Shown: positions 51,284 through 63,828 of the stretch, one piece after another
How the letters are laid out: each line of letters starts with the position of its first letter
Position numbering within the stretch: position 1 is the first letter of the stretch
Source of the DNA: Spironucleus salmonicida
Taxonomy: Eukaryota
NCBI RefSeq assembly: GCF_000497125.1
Contig: NC_090603.1
Span: 372,001-436,000, forward strand
Direction of reading: 5' to 3'
DNA length: 64,000 nt
The notes under the pieces: generated by a model
The model's input: the letters and a program-made list of their open reading frames with translations, nothing else
Databases searched by the model: none
What the model was told of the DNA's origin: nothing
Position numbers and translations under genes: made by a program

Positions 51284-53425
51284 TCACTTGCTGAGCTGCT
51301 TTTGCAGCAGTACCAACTCGTTCTGAAGGTTCTTTATTTCCACTTCTTGGAGTTTCGCAAAATTCTCCAGAATTTGATTTTCGCGCTGTACAGAATTTAG
51401 CTTCTGCTTGGATTCTTATTTGGACAGCTCGGGATTATTCTGCAAGTAGGAAACCTCCAATTGGCCAATTAGTGTGATTAAATAACTAATCTCTAGTGTT
51501 ACGTTATCGTCATTAATTGGCGTCGATTCTGACGAAATTGTATGCTCTATTTGCAAATTTGTCTAGTTGATAATTTCTGCAATAGCGGCTTCGTTTGCTT
51601 ATGATGTAGGTGTTGATTGTTTTTCTAACTCTACTGGACGTTTATCTGTTTAACTAACCGTTTGCTTAGCATGCTTTTTAGAGGGTTTTGGCTATTCGGG
51701 GCTTGAAATTGCCTTCTAAACAGGCTCCTAAGCAATGCTAATTTGTGGTTAATTAATTTCTCCATGATTCCAGAATTTAAGCAGCAATTTTGCATATTTT
51801 ATTTGGTTCTAGGTAATCTTATTATTTGATTTTGTGTAGTTGCTGTCTGCATAAAATAGTTGCGGGTCGCAAAGTTTATTTACCAGTGATTATTTATATA
51901 CATTTTAAAACAGCTTCTCTTTAATGAAATTAAGATCTACCAGAATGTCAACAGACGATTTTAGCGTTGCCACTATATTTTTCATCACTTAATGTTTTTA
52001 CTAAATCAGGCCTTCCGTGATATCCCCAAATTAGCACAAAAAATCTTTTATATTGGGGTCTTTATCCTCAAGCAGTTCAATAATGCCATCCGCAATATCA
52101 CTGGCTGTAGAGCCTTTTGGAATTTTAAACTGATTCCAGATACCGCCAAAATTGGCCATGCCAGATTCGTACGATACAAGTTATTATACTAATTTAAGAT
52201 CAAAAGTAAGCACTGCAAGAGTCATATTCGTCACACCCTTCGGACTATAAATGCGAAATTGGGTGTCGATCAGAGACGGATTTTGGTAGTTCAGAATCTG
52301 CTACTGCAAATACGGCACAGCTTTGCTCTGCGGTATGAAGTCCCAACCACGCGAAAATGCTTAATACTCGATCTGCTTTTCGTACTCGAGTGTTTTAAAA
52401 CTCACCAAATCGAACTTGTTTTCTTTGCGCTTAGGAGATATCTTTAGCAAAAGTTTGTCCTCCACAGCCTTGCTGATGAAGCATGAAAACGAGTGTTCGA
52501 AAGGCACCAACTGATTCGCGTAGTACGCGTTGGCACTGAACTGCGCAATAAAATACTGCGTCGATTTTGGCGGGACGAAGTTGAGGAACGAATGCTGATT
52601 TATGACGACGGTGGAATGCTCAAACGGGACCAGGAAATCGAAAATCTCCCTTCTGTCAAAAATGACCGCTAGGGTGAGCGCGGTGTAGCACTAAATTGCC
52701 TGAATTCTTGCGTACTTGTCGGTCAAAAGCTTCACCAGGGCAAACTGGTCGAAAAATACCGCTAAATGCAGCGGTGTTACTGTGTTGTAGAAGACAATTC
52801 TGCTGGTCGACTGTGCGTGTTCCTGAACCTTTTAGACGGATCCCTATTTGATTTACTGTATTAGGGGGTGATTCAGGCTCCCGATTTCCTGCAGCAACTA
52901 AGTGGCATCTGTTCGCAGCAGCTGGAAGCATTCCTGGTCTGATAGCTGCTGATCTTGAGCTTCTTCAGATATGCTTATCTGATGTTTAGCAGTCTTTACC
53001 CCATCAGCTTATGACTTTTGGCCATGGTCATTTGGCTTGATATTACGTTAAATCAGAAGCTTAATTTCTTATAAATTGTACAGTTTATTGTCTTCCAGCT
53101 TGAGTTTGGCTATGATATGGCAGCAAAGCTATTGGAAGTTTAGCAGGTTATTGTTTTTCTTAACCAATTGTAGGACTTGTGTCTTGATTTCCTACGGCCA
53201 TGGAGGGGAATAAGTTACTTTGTAGGTGTTGGTAAAATATTACATTAACTATACCGCCGATAGCGATAGATTCTTGCAGAGAAACTCATCTATTCGTACT
53301 TATTGCTACTCCTCGATCTGAGAATAGCTTTCTAGCAACATACTTGGATCGTACGGTAGCTCCATATTGATAATTTGTTAAAATGCTAGCTAAAACTGTT
53401 TAGTGAACTCATCCAACTCCAGCAT
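51284..53425 (-). CDS. ankyrin-repeat protein with C-terminal coiled coil (diplomonad protein 21.1-like, 713 aa)
   Basis: TPLHLAVFFDQFALVKLL, YTALTLAVIFDRREIFDFLVPFE, TNMTLAVLTFDLKLVQQLVSYE; ends AAG-TGA. Confidence 0.78.
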
Positions 53426-53551
53426 TTTCAAAATAGACTACACATAATTTATTTATTTATTATATATAATTTTAAAGGAACTATTTGAATTCCAAAATAA
53501 TATAATATTATATAATAAACAAGATTATAATTTGTTTTCCATTCCTCAAAC

Positions 53552-54976
53552 ATGACGTCTTACACTTGCAACATATTTGTCAACGACGACCCGATGCCGC
53601 AGCTACAAAATTTAACATTACCTGCCAATACGACACCATAAGACCTATAAATGCTCCTTAATGACCTCACCGAGGATTCCGACAACCAGCTGCTCTACGA
53701 GTTCTACATCGACGCCGCCCCCATTATTTCGAGCCTACAGCAGCTCAATCTGAACGCTGAGCGCCAATTAACCATAACAGCCGTCCCACAGTCCGCACAC
53801 AAGGTCACAGCCCTGTCGCGCTGCTCCAACGACCTACCGGGCCACGAGGAGGCCGTTCTGGCGCTCCAGTTCTCCCCAAACTCCTAATTTCTCGCTTCTG
53901 GCTCCGGAGATACCACCATACGGATCTGGGACACGAACTCGTGCACGCCTGTCCGCATCCTGGACGCGCACAAGGCCTGGGTCCTGGCGCTAAAATTTTC
54001 GCCAGATTCGCAGTTCCTGGCTTCAGCAGACTTCGACGGCGTCCTGGCAGTCTTTGAGACCGCAAATTGGACCCAAATCGGCGGATTTAACGTCAAAAAG
54101 TCAATGAATCGTTGGATCACGTCCATTTCGTGGCAGCCGGACAGCCAGGCCTTCTTCACGGGCGGAAAAGACGGCTCAGTGAAGAAGTGGTCGCGGAACG
54201 GAGCGCTCCTGAAGGTCGTTTTTTCGGCCTCAAAATGCGTCACGGACGTCTGCTGCGGCGGCACGCACCTGATCGTCAGCTCAGAGGACTGCAAAGTGTA
54301 CATTTTCGACCTGATTTCGTTCAGGCTGCTGCACGAAATCCGGCACGCGCACTGGTGCAATTCCGTGCAGACCAGCCAGTGGTACCTCTGCAGATTCGGC
54401 GTTTTCGGCCTCCTGAAGCTTTTTGAGGCCTTCAGGCCCGAAATCCGCAAAATTGCGCCAGAAATCAAAAATTTGGCCGATTTTGAGGCCCTCGCGCCCG
54501 AAAAATAACTCGCCACGTACTTGAAACTACTGTAGAATAGGAAAGAAATGCTAATTGTCACTTCGGACGATCATACACTTTCTATTTACGAAATTCAACC
54601 GGACATAAAATTCGTCAAAAAGCTCACAGGGCACGTGAAGGCGGTCGCGCACGCCTGTTTTTCACCCGATGGGACGGCGATTGCGAGCGTTTCGTTCGAC
54701 CGCTCCGTGCGCCTCTGGGGCGCAGATGGAACGTTTTTGGCGAAGTTCCACAACCACGCCAGCGAGGTCTACCGCGTCGCTTTTAGCGCCGATTCGCGCT
54801 ATTTCATCACCTGCAGCAAGGACTCCACCTGCATGCTTTTCAGCGTAAAAAAGAGGAAAATGATCCGGGAACTTCCAGGACACGCGGACGAGGTTTACTG
54901 CGTTGACTGGAGTCTCCAGGGCGAGCTCGGCGCGAGCGCTGGAAAAGACCGTGTGGTCAAAATATGGCGTTAGTGA
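53552..54976 (+). CDS. NLE1: Notchless/Rsa4 ribosome assembly WD40 protein (474 aa)
   Basis: NLE domain LPANTTPQDLQMLLN...YEFYI, SRCSNDLPGHEEAVL...FSP, C-terminal LPGHADEVYCVDWS...ASAGKDRVVKIWRQ*. Confidence 0.9.
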
Positions 54977-55099
54977 GTGAAATTTGGGTTTTTGGGAGGA
55001 TTTGGTGTAATTTGAGCTATTTGGGGAAGTTTGGGGGTTGTAGACGGGCGAAATGAGTCAGATTCGGGGCTATTAGATTACATTATATGAAATGAAATT

Positions 55100-56225
55100 A
55101 TATGATATGATATGATATGATATGATATGATATGATATGATATGATATGATATGATATGATATGATATGATATGATATGATATGATATGATATGATATGA
55201 TATGATATGATATGATATATGATATGATATGATATGATATGATATGATATGATATGATATGATATGATATGATATGATATGATATGATATGATATGATAT
55301 GATATGATATGATATGATATGATATGATATGATATGATATGATATGATATGATATGATATGATATGATATGATATGATATGATATGATATGATATGATAT
55401 GATATGATATGATATGATATATGATATGATATGATATGATATGATATGATATGATATGATATGATATGATATGATATGATATGATATGATATGATATGAT
55501 ATGATATGATATGATATGATATGATATGATATGATATGATATGATATGATATGATATGATATGATATGATATGATATGATATGATATGATATGATATGAT
55601 ATGATATGATATGATATGATATGATATGATATGATATGATATGATATGATATGATATGATATGATATGATATGATATGATATGATATGATATGATATGAT
55701 ATGATATGATATGATATGATATGATATGATATGATATGATATGATATGATATGATATGATATGATATGATATGATATGATATGATATGATATGATATGAT
55801 ATGATATGATATGATATGATATGATATGATATGATATGATATGATATGATATGATATGATATGATATGATATGATATGATATGATATGATATGATATGAT
55901 ATGATATGATATGATATGATATGATATGATATATGATATGATATGATATGATATGATATGATATGATATGATATGATATGATATGATATGATATGATATG
56001 ATATGATATGATATGATATGATATGATATGATATGATATGATATGATATGATATGATATGATATGATATGATATGATATGATATGATATGATATGATATG
56101 ATATGATATGATATGATATGATATGATATGATATGATATGATATGATATGATATGATATGATATGATATGATATGATATGATATGATATGATATGATATG
56201 ATATGATATGATATGATATGATATG
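55100..56225. repeat. (ATATG)n pentanucleotide satellite, ~225 units
   Basis: Directly visible; near perfect, with three ATATATG phase slips (~55217, ~55419, ~55930). Confidence 0.99.
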
Positions 56226-56901
56226 TATCATTAGGTTACAATGGGCAGAGTGTAGTGCAGCTTATTTGGGTTGGGCAGAATGGATTGTTTTAAATAAATG
56301 CTAGCAGGTTGTTAGTCTGGGTGTATGAAATATATGCGGTGTTTGTGCTGTAATTGGTAGAATTTAAGGGTTGGTAAAATTTAGGCAGATGGCTGATACA
56401 AGTTATTTTAAGTTAGTTCAGTTATGTGAATGGGAATATTAGTTATAATGGCTTTAAATGCGTTGATTTGGGTCGTTTAACTCAATTTTGGGGGGATTTA
56501 TGTGTGAACCATTACTATAGGTTAGATATGTTAATTTGGCAGATTATTAGCATACATTGGCGAATAAAATAACTGAATAGATAAGGGAGATTGTCTATTC
56601 GAGCGGTTGATGTGAGCTAGTTTACGATAAACTGGGTTAACTTATTAGATATTTTGTCTATGAACTAAATTATTTGTGTGGTGGGTGAATAATTAATCTG
56701 GTTATGTGATGTTAGATACATGAGTGGTAATTGATTTAAAGTTTTTTCTTAATTATTACAATGATTGCTATTTTATTTCCAAGACTTCAATAAGCATTTA
56801 AAATTTACTAGAATAATTTCTTATTTCAGCTGAATCTCCTTAAAAAAATCAAACTTAGTTCTTTAATCACTCAATCCGTATAATTTAGTTATTTATATAA
56901 A

Positions 56902-57213
56902 TCAGAACTCGTTTACCCTCCAGAACTGATAGGCCGGCTCCTCGTACGGATGTACCGTGTGCAACGCAGCTAGAACTTCATGAATGTATTATTTTTGCAC
57001 TATACACTGTAACTACACCTCATCTACGATCTCTAGAACATCCTATTTTCCTAAAAACGGATCTGCATTTCCCAAAGCCCTAAATTGACCTTTTCCGTGA
57101 ACTTAAAAGCAGCAAGAATCATAGTTACCGAACTTTCCAGCCCCAGCATCAAATATAGCCTTCTTTACCAGCTCTACATGCTAATCTGGTATGTAAATAT
57201 CCAATCTGTACAT
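56902..57213 (-). CDS. stand-alone YqfO/NIF3 PII-like-domain protein (103 aa)
   Basis: MYRLDIYIPDQHVELVKKAIFDAGAGKFGNYDSCCFQVHGKGQFRALGNADPFLG...HPYEEPAY. Confidence 0.9.
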
Positions 57214-57275
57214 TTTTATTATAACATAACTATATAATTATATAATAATAATAATATTTATTATCACCACTCCTA

Positions 57276-57620
57276 ATGGATACCGACATCTCATTTTAAC
57301 ACGAAGCAGTAATGCAGACACTAGCTATCGAAATAGCAAAATTAGAATAATAAAAAGAGGATCTGACAAGTCTCACAATGTAAATTTCTGCACAGCATTC
57401 TCTTACACATATTGGCTCGAACTGCTTCCTGAACACCACGAGGGATCGCTCACAACCAGTTCTGGTGAATTTAGGTTGCGGGATTTATGTAGAAATGACA
57501 GATTCGTAGATTGCGAAGTTCGCTGAAAACCGGCATTTGGAGGTCGAGGTCGAGCTCTCGCATGCAAAAAGGGACCTAGCAGAAATTCAGTTGTTGGTAG
57601 GAATACTAGAAGCAGAGTGA
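57276..57620 (+). CDS. prefoldin alpha-type subunit (UXT-like, 114 aa)
   Basis: HIGSNCFL...VLVNLGCGIYVEMT flanked by coiled coils; ends GAG-TGA. Confidence 0.78.
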
Positions 57621-57765
57621 TATCGACGGAAGTTGTGGATGGCTTAAATTGTATACTTGTTAATTTATGTATAATAATTAATAGATAATAATATTAAAAT
57701 ATAATTCTACATGACGTTTTTTAGGATATTATACCAATATCTATATAATAATAAGATTTTTAAAA

Positions 57766-58536
57766 ATGGATAATATACAATCTATAGTATCCAGTCAAAT
57801 TTCGCAGGAGTAGAACGATGAACGGCGCACACATCTCTAAGTAATTCTATAAGCAGTTTAAAATCTTGAATTTTTTGACTTTCAGGATAAATATTAATAG
57901 CTAGCCTAAATTTTTGAACAGAATAAGAAGACCCTAAGGTTCTTTGACGAGTTTTTCAATGCTTAAAACACCCAAAACTAACTTATTCCTATTTTTAATT
58001 CGTACGAGAATGAAAAATACTCACCAGGAATTTATATTTTCAAATTCAATTCAAATTTGAATTTTCACTCCACAATCGCTTTCGATGGTTCAAATGACTA
58101 AAAAGGTCCATTTTCTACGGATTCTAACGCCATTTTCGCTTTCGATGAGGAATTTTTCTACAAAATCGAAATTGTTAGAAATCATTGGAAAGGTGGGGAT
58201 TTCGGGTCTAATGCAGATCAAATTCTACTTGCAGATTTAGATATTTAGAGTGCAAATGAGCAATTTTAAGATTTCAAAAAAGGAATGAAAAATGTAAATT
58301 AAATTCGATTTTTGGATGACTTTCAGCAACATTAAATTGTTTATTTTGGAGAATATATTTAAGATTTATTGGGAATTCACGTTTTGGATGGGACATTGCA
58401 TGGGTGCTACAAAGCAATATAAGCTGCTTAGAGTGTGTATAACGCGAACAAGGACATCAAATTTAGGTAAAATAGCGTTGAATATACTTAATTATTGATA
58501 TTGGAAGAAATTAGAAACTTACGAATCGGAAAATGA
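57766..58536 (+). CDS. hypothetical protein (256 aa)
   Basis: MDNIQSIVSSQISQEQ... open to AAA-TGA. Confidence 0.7.
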
Positions 58537-59034
58537 ATAAAGTTTTCTTATATAATATTACAATTTAGAAATACAGGTTGTTTATAGAATAAAATTTAAA
58601 TATAGGTATAAGATATATTAATAATAAAAATTTGTCAAGTTTACAGTTTTTACTAATTTGGAGAAGTTGAAATCTTTGTAATATATTAAATTTAGTAATC
58701 ATAAGAACGGGAGCTAATCATATTTTATTTATATATTTTGAATAATCTATGATATGAAAAAATTGCCAGTATACTTGACTCAGAACACTAAAAGTAAGAA
58801 CTATTACGTTTTATTATTAATGTCTAGTTATCTATCGAAAATGAAATGCAGTTAAAATGTATAATTGAAAATCATAATGATATCGTAAATATACTTATTT
58901 ATTATGATTTTATATTTTTTTGAGATACGGTTATTTTATAGTTACTGATATTAGGGGAAACTTATTATGTCAAATAAACATTAATTTTATGAATGCTTTA
59001 TTAGTTATATTAGATGTATTTATTTTTTTTCAAA

Positions 59035-59271
59035 ATGGTTGGCAAATAATTGCTTTCGTTCGAACAGATAGAAATTCTCCTTTAAGCACTTAAGTATGGC
59101 CAGTCATGGAAACATATACATAAAGAACTTTTACCGTAATTCACAGTATTGTAACTACGAAATGCATTTTACAAGATGAAGAACAAATACCCTGAAGTAT
59201 ATAATCTCTACAATACAACATAAATTGTGCAGCTTTAGCACAATGATTTATTTGCAGAAGATCTCTTTTGA
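59035..59271 (+). CDS. small single-repeat Myb/SANT-like protein (78 aa)
   Basis: LSFEQIEILLQALKYGQSWKHIHKELLPQFTVLQLRNAFYKMK, isolated in an AT-rich tract. Confidence 0.6.
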
Positions 59272-61027
59272 AGAGCAATTATTATTATCAAGTTTGAATG
59301 ACTAGATAAAATATTTTGTGTATTAATATAATCACAAATTAGATTATTAAGATAGAGTCAAATTCATATATGTGCGTACTTATAGAACATGATAAAATAT
59401 TTTTCAATGAATGACATAACTTTGCAGTATTTACATAAATTCATGATTTAATAATAAAATTTCATAATATAAGTTCCTAAATTTTAACTAGTAATTATAA
59501 TAACTCAATGTATAGGATTATTTTTATTGTTTATAAATTTTATTAATCGCATTTGTTTTACTTATGTTCTGTCAAGCAACTATAACTAGTCAAACAATTT
59601 CATCTTAAATCAATAATGAGATATATTTTCTAGATTGGTTATTAGTGATATTCAAATAAATGAACACTGAACTTATATTGAACTAATTTATATTTATTAT
59701 AGAAATTAAATTTACTGGGTAAAGAAATTAAATATTAAATTACTATGTAACTAGTAAAAATGTTACTTAATAAGTAATATAATATTATTTGTTAATTTTC
59801 TTGAATAATATTTTATAATTAGCTTCATAAGTTCGTCAACTTAAGCATGTTCTTTAGGAAAAACTAGAACCATAAATTAAGCAAATTCCATATTAAATTA
59901 TTAGTTTATGAAATAATCTATTTCTATAAGTTATACAATTTATTTGTAGATAAGATATTATAAGTTAATTTTATAAAAATATACTTATTTATGAGACTAA
60001 AATATATCAAAATTATTGATAATAACGAGTATTTGTAATAATTAACTGTAAATATAGTATTAAATATTAAATTGTCATATAAATTGGCGAATAAAATCTT
60101 ATTATTACTAACATAACCTTAACCAAATAACATGAATTCAAGAAAAAATTATATTGTATTAGTGTATATTTTAATTTCGCAAAATTTTTAACTAAGATAA
60201 CAATATTTATTTAACATAAATCTAAATATTATTTTGTAAAAGTTTGCTCAAATAAGTTAGGTATTTATTAACGCATTGTGTAAATTCATTCACAGCTAAT
60301 AGAAAACAATCACTTAATGAAACTAAAAGTATAATACAATACAATAATTATTATATATTTTTATCTACTAATATTTATACCTTTCTCTTTAACTACTTAA
60401 TATTAATCAAATGAATATCCATTAGTTAAAAATATTTAATTATAACAAAATTTACAGCAGTTTAATTTAGAAGAATTTGATTTAAATATCTAAATCACAA
60501 TATAAAGATTTTACTTTTTGGAAATATATACTTCATAGGGATAGGTGTTAATGAGTTATAATAACCATAGATACAGCTATAAACATATAGCTGTTAGTGT
60601 TATTTAATTTCTATATGTAACATTATTAAATAAGGTTACAGTACTACTAATTTTCGTATCTATTATAAACAATTTTAGTAATTATATAAAATGTGTATAC
60701 TTTATATATTAAGCAATAGATGAGATTCCGATTTCTAATAGATACTAATTTTTAGTAATTATCTATATAAATACTTCACACCTATGATTTTTTAAAATTA
60801 AGCATTCAATTCATTGATACTTAATTCTCATAAAATAATGAATATCAAGTAAGTAATATGGAAAATAAAGAATTTGATTAATTTAATAATGGTTATTTAT
60901 AATTTTTAGTTAATAATACTATTTTTAGCATCTATATGTAGATATGAATCAGTTTCTTGTTTTAACTTTATAAAGTTATTAAGTTTTCATTTGTAATCTT
61001 TAAAATAAAATATAATAAATTTTAATT

Positions 61028-61047
61028 CATCACTCCACTCCTTAAAG
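61028..61047 (+). promoter_or_regulatory. C-rich upstream motif (representative copy)
   Basis: CATCACTCCACTCCTTAAAG-ATG. Similar C-rich tracts directly precede ATGs at 2679(-), 5642, 9878, 30436(-), 43739(-), 50162, 53552, 57276 and 62454(-). Confidence 0.7.
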
Positions 61048-61686
61048 ATGTCTATCTAACATGCTATTTCATAACTTTCCGCTCTTATCACAAAGATTGA
61101 GGATCATACTGGCACATCCGCTATATAAGTTCCTAAATAATAAAAATAAAGCAAAATTGTCTCTCCAAAAATTGAACTTCCCCCTTTAATCACAGCTTTC
61201 TCCAAATGTGAAATACGTGTCTCCCAGATAGTTGAATGCACCCGTGTGGATTACTCAGATAAGCTACTTGTGTGTAAGCTTAAAGTTTCTGAAACTGAAA
61301 TAAGAGATTTTGCTGCTGGAGTAGGTCCATGGTATAGCCCCGAGGAACTTCTGAATAAAAAAATCGTAACTATTCTGAATCTTAAAGCCAGACCAATGGC
61401 AGAAGGAAGAATTATTAGCTAGGCCATGCTTTTTGCAGGATCTAGTGCAGACCATTCTGTCGTAAAGTTATGCTTCCCTGATTAATCAATCCCAGTTGGA
61501 ACTAGGGTTTTACCTGAAGGATATACTGAACTTCCTGAGGCTGAAGGCTAGCCTAAGAAAAATTTCGATAAGGTTTTGGATGTTTTGAAGTCAAAAAATA
61601 GAGAAATGACTATGGACGGTGTCAGATTGCTCGCGAACGGCAAGAGCATTTCCGTTAATGTCGAAGACGGTTTCAGCTTGGGATGA
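61048..61686 (+). CDS. tRNA-binding OB-fold protein (Arc1p/EMAP II/Trbp111-like, 212 aa)
   Basis: EIRVSQIVEC...SDKLLVCKL...RDFAAGV...YSPEELLNKKIVTILNLKARPM...SQAMLFA...PVGTRV. Confidence 0.85.
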
Positions 61687-61812
61687 GAATGAGAATATTC
61701 AAATTGTGTAAAGTTATATATAAAAATTTATTTGCTAAAAGCATCATAAATCATTCGTTTTATATAGAACTATAAATTTTATAGATGCCCATCATTTCTC
61801 TCACTTAACCCC

Positions 61813-62454
61813 TCATTTAATCCCCATATAGCCGCTAACTTTCGTAACGTCGAAACTCTCTTTTGGTCTCATTATAGGCTTTACACTGCTCTTAAAGCTG
61901 ATTTTGTCTGTATGCTTAAACTGGTCTCCCTGATCGTAGCAGTCCTTCTTATTCTCAATTTCGCACAGCCTTTCATCCCTATATTCGGGGTGTTTCTTGC
62001 TGATCACGTTAAATTTGAACTGGTAGAACTTTGTCTCATTATTAAACAGGAATACGCCCACTCGTCCACATTGTATTTTAACGTTAAAGCCTTGCCTGCA
62101 AAATGAGCCTAAAACTTAAAAAATGTTACGTAGAATGCAGTCAGTGAATTCGCGAGTCAATGTTCCTACTGTTACGAGACAAAGGTTCCTGGTAGAGTTA
62201 TTTGGCATAAATCTCTTAATTTGCTACGAAATAGCATGCTATGTACAGAACTAATTCGTTAAAAATGCGTTAGGAAGGCCCTTAGAGTCAAATCCACAGT
62301 CTGCAAAACCACGGATCATAGTGCCAATCGAATCCAGGTAGTTCACATAAACAGCGTCCCATATACCATTCCAGACAGTCTAGACATCTTCAGGTGTATC
62401 ATCAATAATAGTTTGTTCAGCTGTGACAACATAGAGGTCCTAGTTCGTTTTCAT
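61813..62454 (-). CDS. CCDC81-like protein with tandem HU-like domains (213 aa)
   Basis: DVQTVWNGIWDAVYVNYLDSIGTMIRGFA...AFLTNQF and TREFTDCILRNIFQVLG...GFNVKIQCGRVGVFLF...FKF match the CCDC81 pattern by eye. Confidence 0.6.
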
Positions 62455-63396
62455 TTGAATTGTGGAAGGGAGTGCGCCAAAATAGAATATATGAATATAA
62501 CTATATAATAATCGTAATATAGGTAAAATATATATAAAAACATAAATAAGTAAGAAATATAAATGTGACTGTCCTACTAAGTTGGCTCAGATGAAAATGT
62601 TGTAAAACATAAACTTTAAAATCATATGTAATGTATTTACATAGCATAATTGATATGATTACTCTAATAAAATTATAAAAATTATTAACGGAATTGCTAG
62701 AGTAAAATTTAATTTATTACCACATTATAATATGTTAAAGAAAAAATATCTTAATAATGATATTAGTTTATCTAGGTTAATGGATAAATAATTCTGATTC
62801 GCTATAATTTAACTGAAGTTTTGGTGTTGCTTTTTCCAGCGCAATCCTATTTGGATCATTAAGTGGCAAAACTCACACAGTACATCAAATTAAGCTCAAA
62901 CTACGGAAAGAAGGCTAGCAGGCCAAACTTCCCCTTTTTGCCAGTTCGCTAGCGCAGACTAATCTCTTGCGCTGCAACACGTTAAGAGCAGACCCACTCC
63001 GAACCTAGAATTCGCTCTAGCTGCTTCCCTATCTGCAGTGATCTGGAAGGCGCATCCACTTAGATCTCCTCTCTGCGCGGCACGGTGGTTCTGGCTGGAG
63101 TTCGGCAGTATTTTAGTACTGCTTCGCAGCGCACATTCAAGATGAGTCAAGCGAGCAGCCCGCATTGGGCCATCTTTGACGCTAAACTGCCGCTGTCGGT
63201 TTCCGCAGTCCCGCCGGCCTCGCATCCAGCACCATACCGTCCGGCTCGAAGCCGCTAGCCTCGTCGCGGTTATGAAGCCGAATACAATAAGATGCCTATC
63301 TAGCAAAAACAAAATTGTATACTTTCTAGCTGGAGTATACTCCCCTTAATAGTAGCCTATGCGGCCGCTGCTGCAAATCGAGGCGCCCCTCCACAA

Positions 63397-63825
63397 ATGA
63401 GCATGAAGCAGGCCATGATCCTGGAGTTCAACTTCTACAACAGCAGGAACGCGCTCATCTCCTACACCGCAAAGGCCGGCACCCCGGAGCTGACCCCGAT
63501 CGTCATCTTCAACGACGACGCCAGCACCCTGTACTTCAACTTCTCCACCAAGTCCCGCCACTACGCGGAGATCGCGAGCGCCGTGCACAAGCGCATCACG
63601 GTGGGCAACATCTACACCAACCGGCGCTCCACCTTCCAGTACGAGCTGGAGCTGCTGGATAGCAAGGCGCACGAGGACCTCTACGACCTCTGCTGGAGGG
63701 AGGAGGTCTTCGAGATGTTCGACGAGGACGAGTTCCGCGCCGACAGGGTGGTGTTCAGGATCGTCATCAAGTCCGCCCAGTTCATCGACGAGGACGACCA
63801 GATCCTGGAGGAAGTGAAGTTCTGA
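63397..63825 (+). CDS. FMN-binding split-barrel (pyridoxamine 5'-phosphate oxidase-like / general stress protein 26-like) protein (142 aa)
   Basis: GTPELTPI...LYFNFSTKSRHYAEI...LYDLCWREEVFEMF...VVFRIVIKSAQFID; high GC3. Confidence 0.65.
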   Translation: MSMKQAMILEFNFYNSRNALISYTAKAGTPELTPIVIFNDDASTLYFNFSTKSRHYAEIASAVHKRITVGNIYTNRRSTFQYELELLDSKAHEDLYDLCWREEVFEMFDEDEFRADRVVFRIVIKSAQFIDEDDQILEEVKF

Positions 63826-63828
63826 TTC

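Noticed and set aside
55100-56225. CRISPR array or telomere
   Set aside because: There are no spacers or cas genes, the context is eukaryotic, the array is internal between ordinary genes, and the unit has no G-run.
55098-56231. 377-aa (YHIIS)n ORF
   Set aside because: It is simply a translation of the ATATG satellite, with no coding evidence.
56226-56800. Possible gene next to the satellite
   Set aside because: The frames I checked on both strands are interrupted by TGA and show no recognisable motifs.
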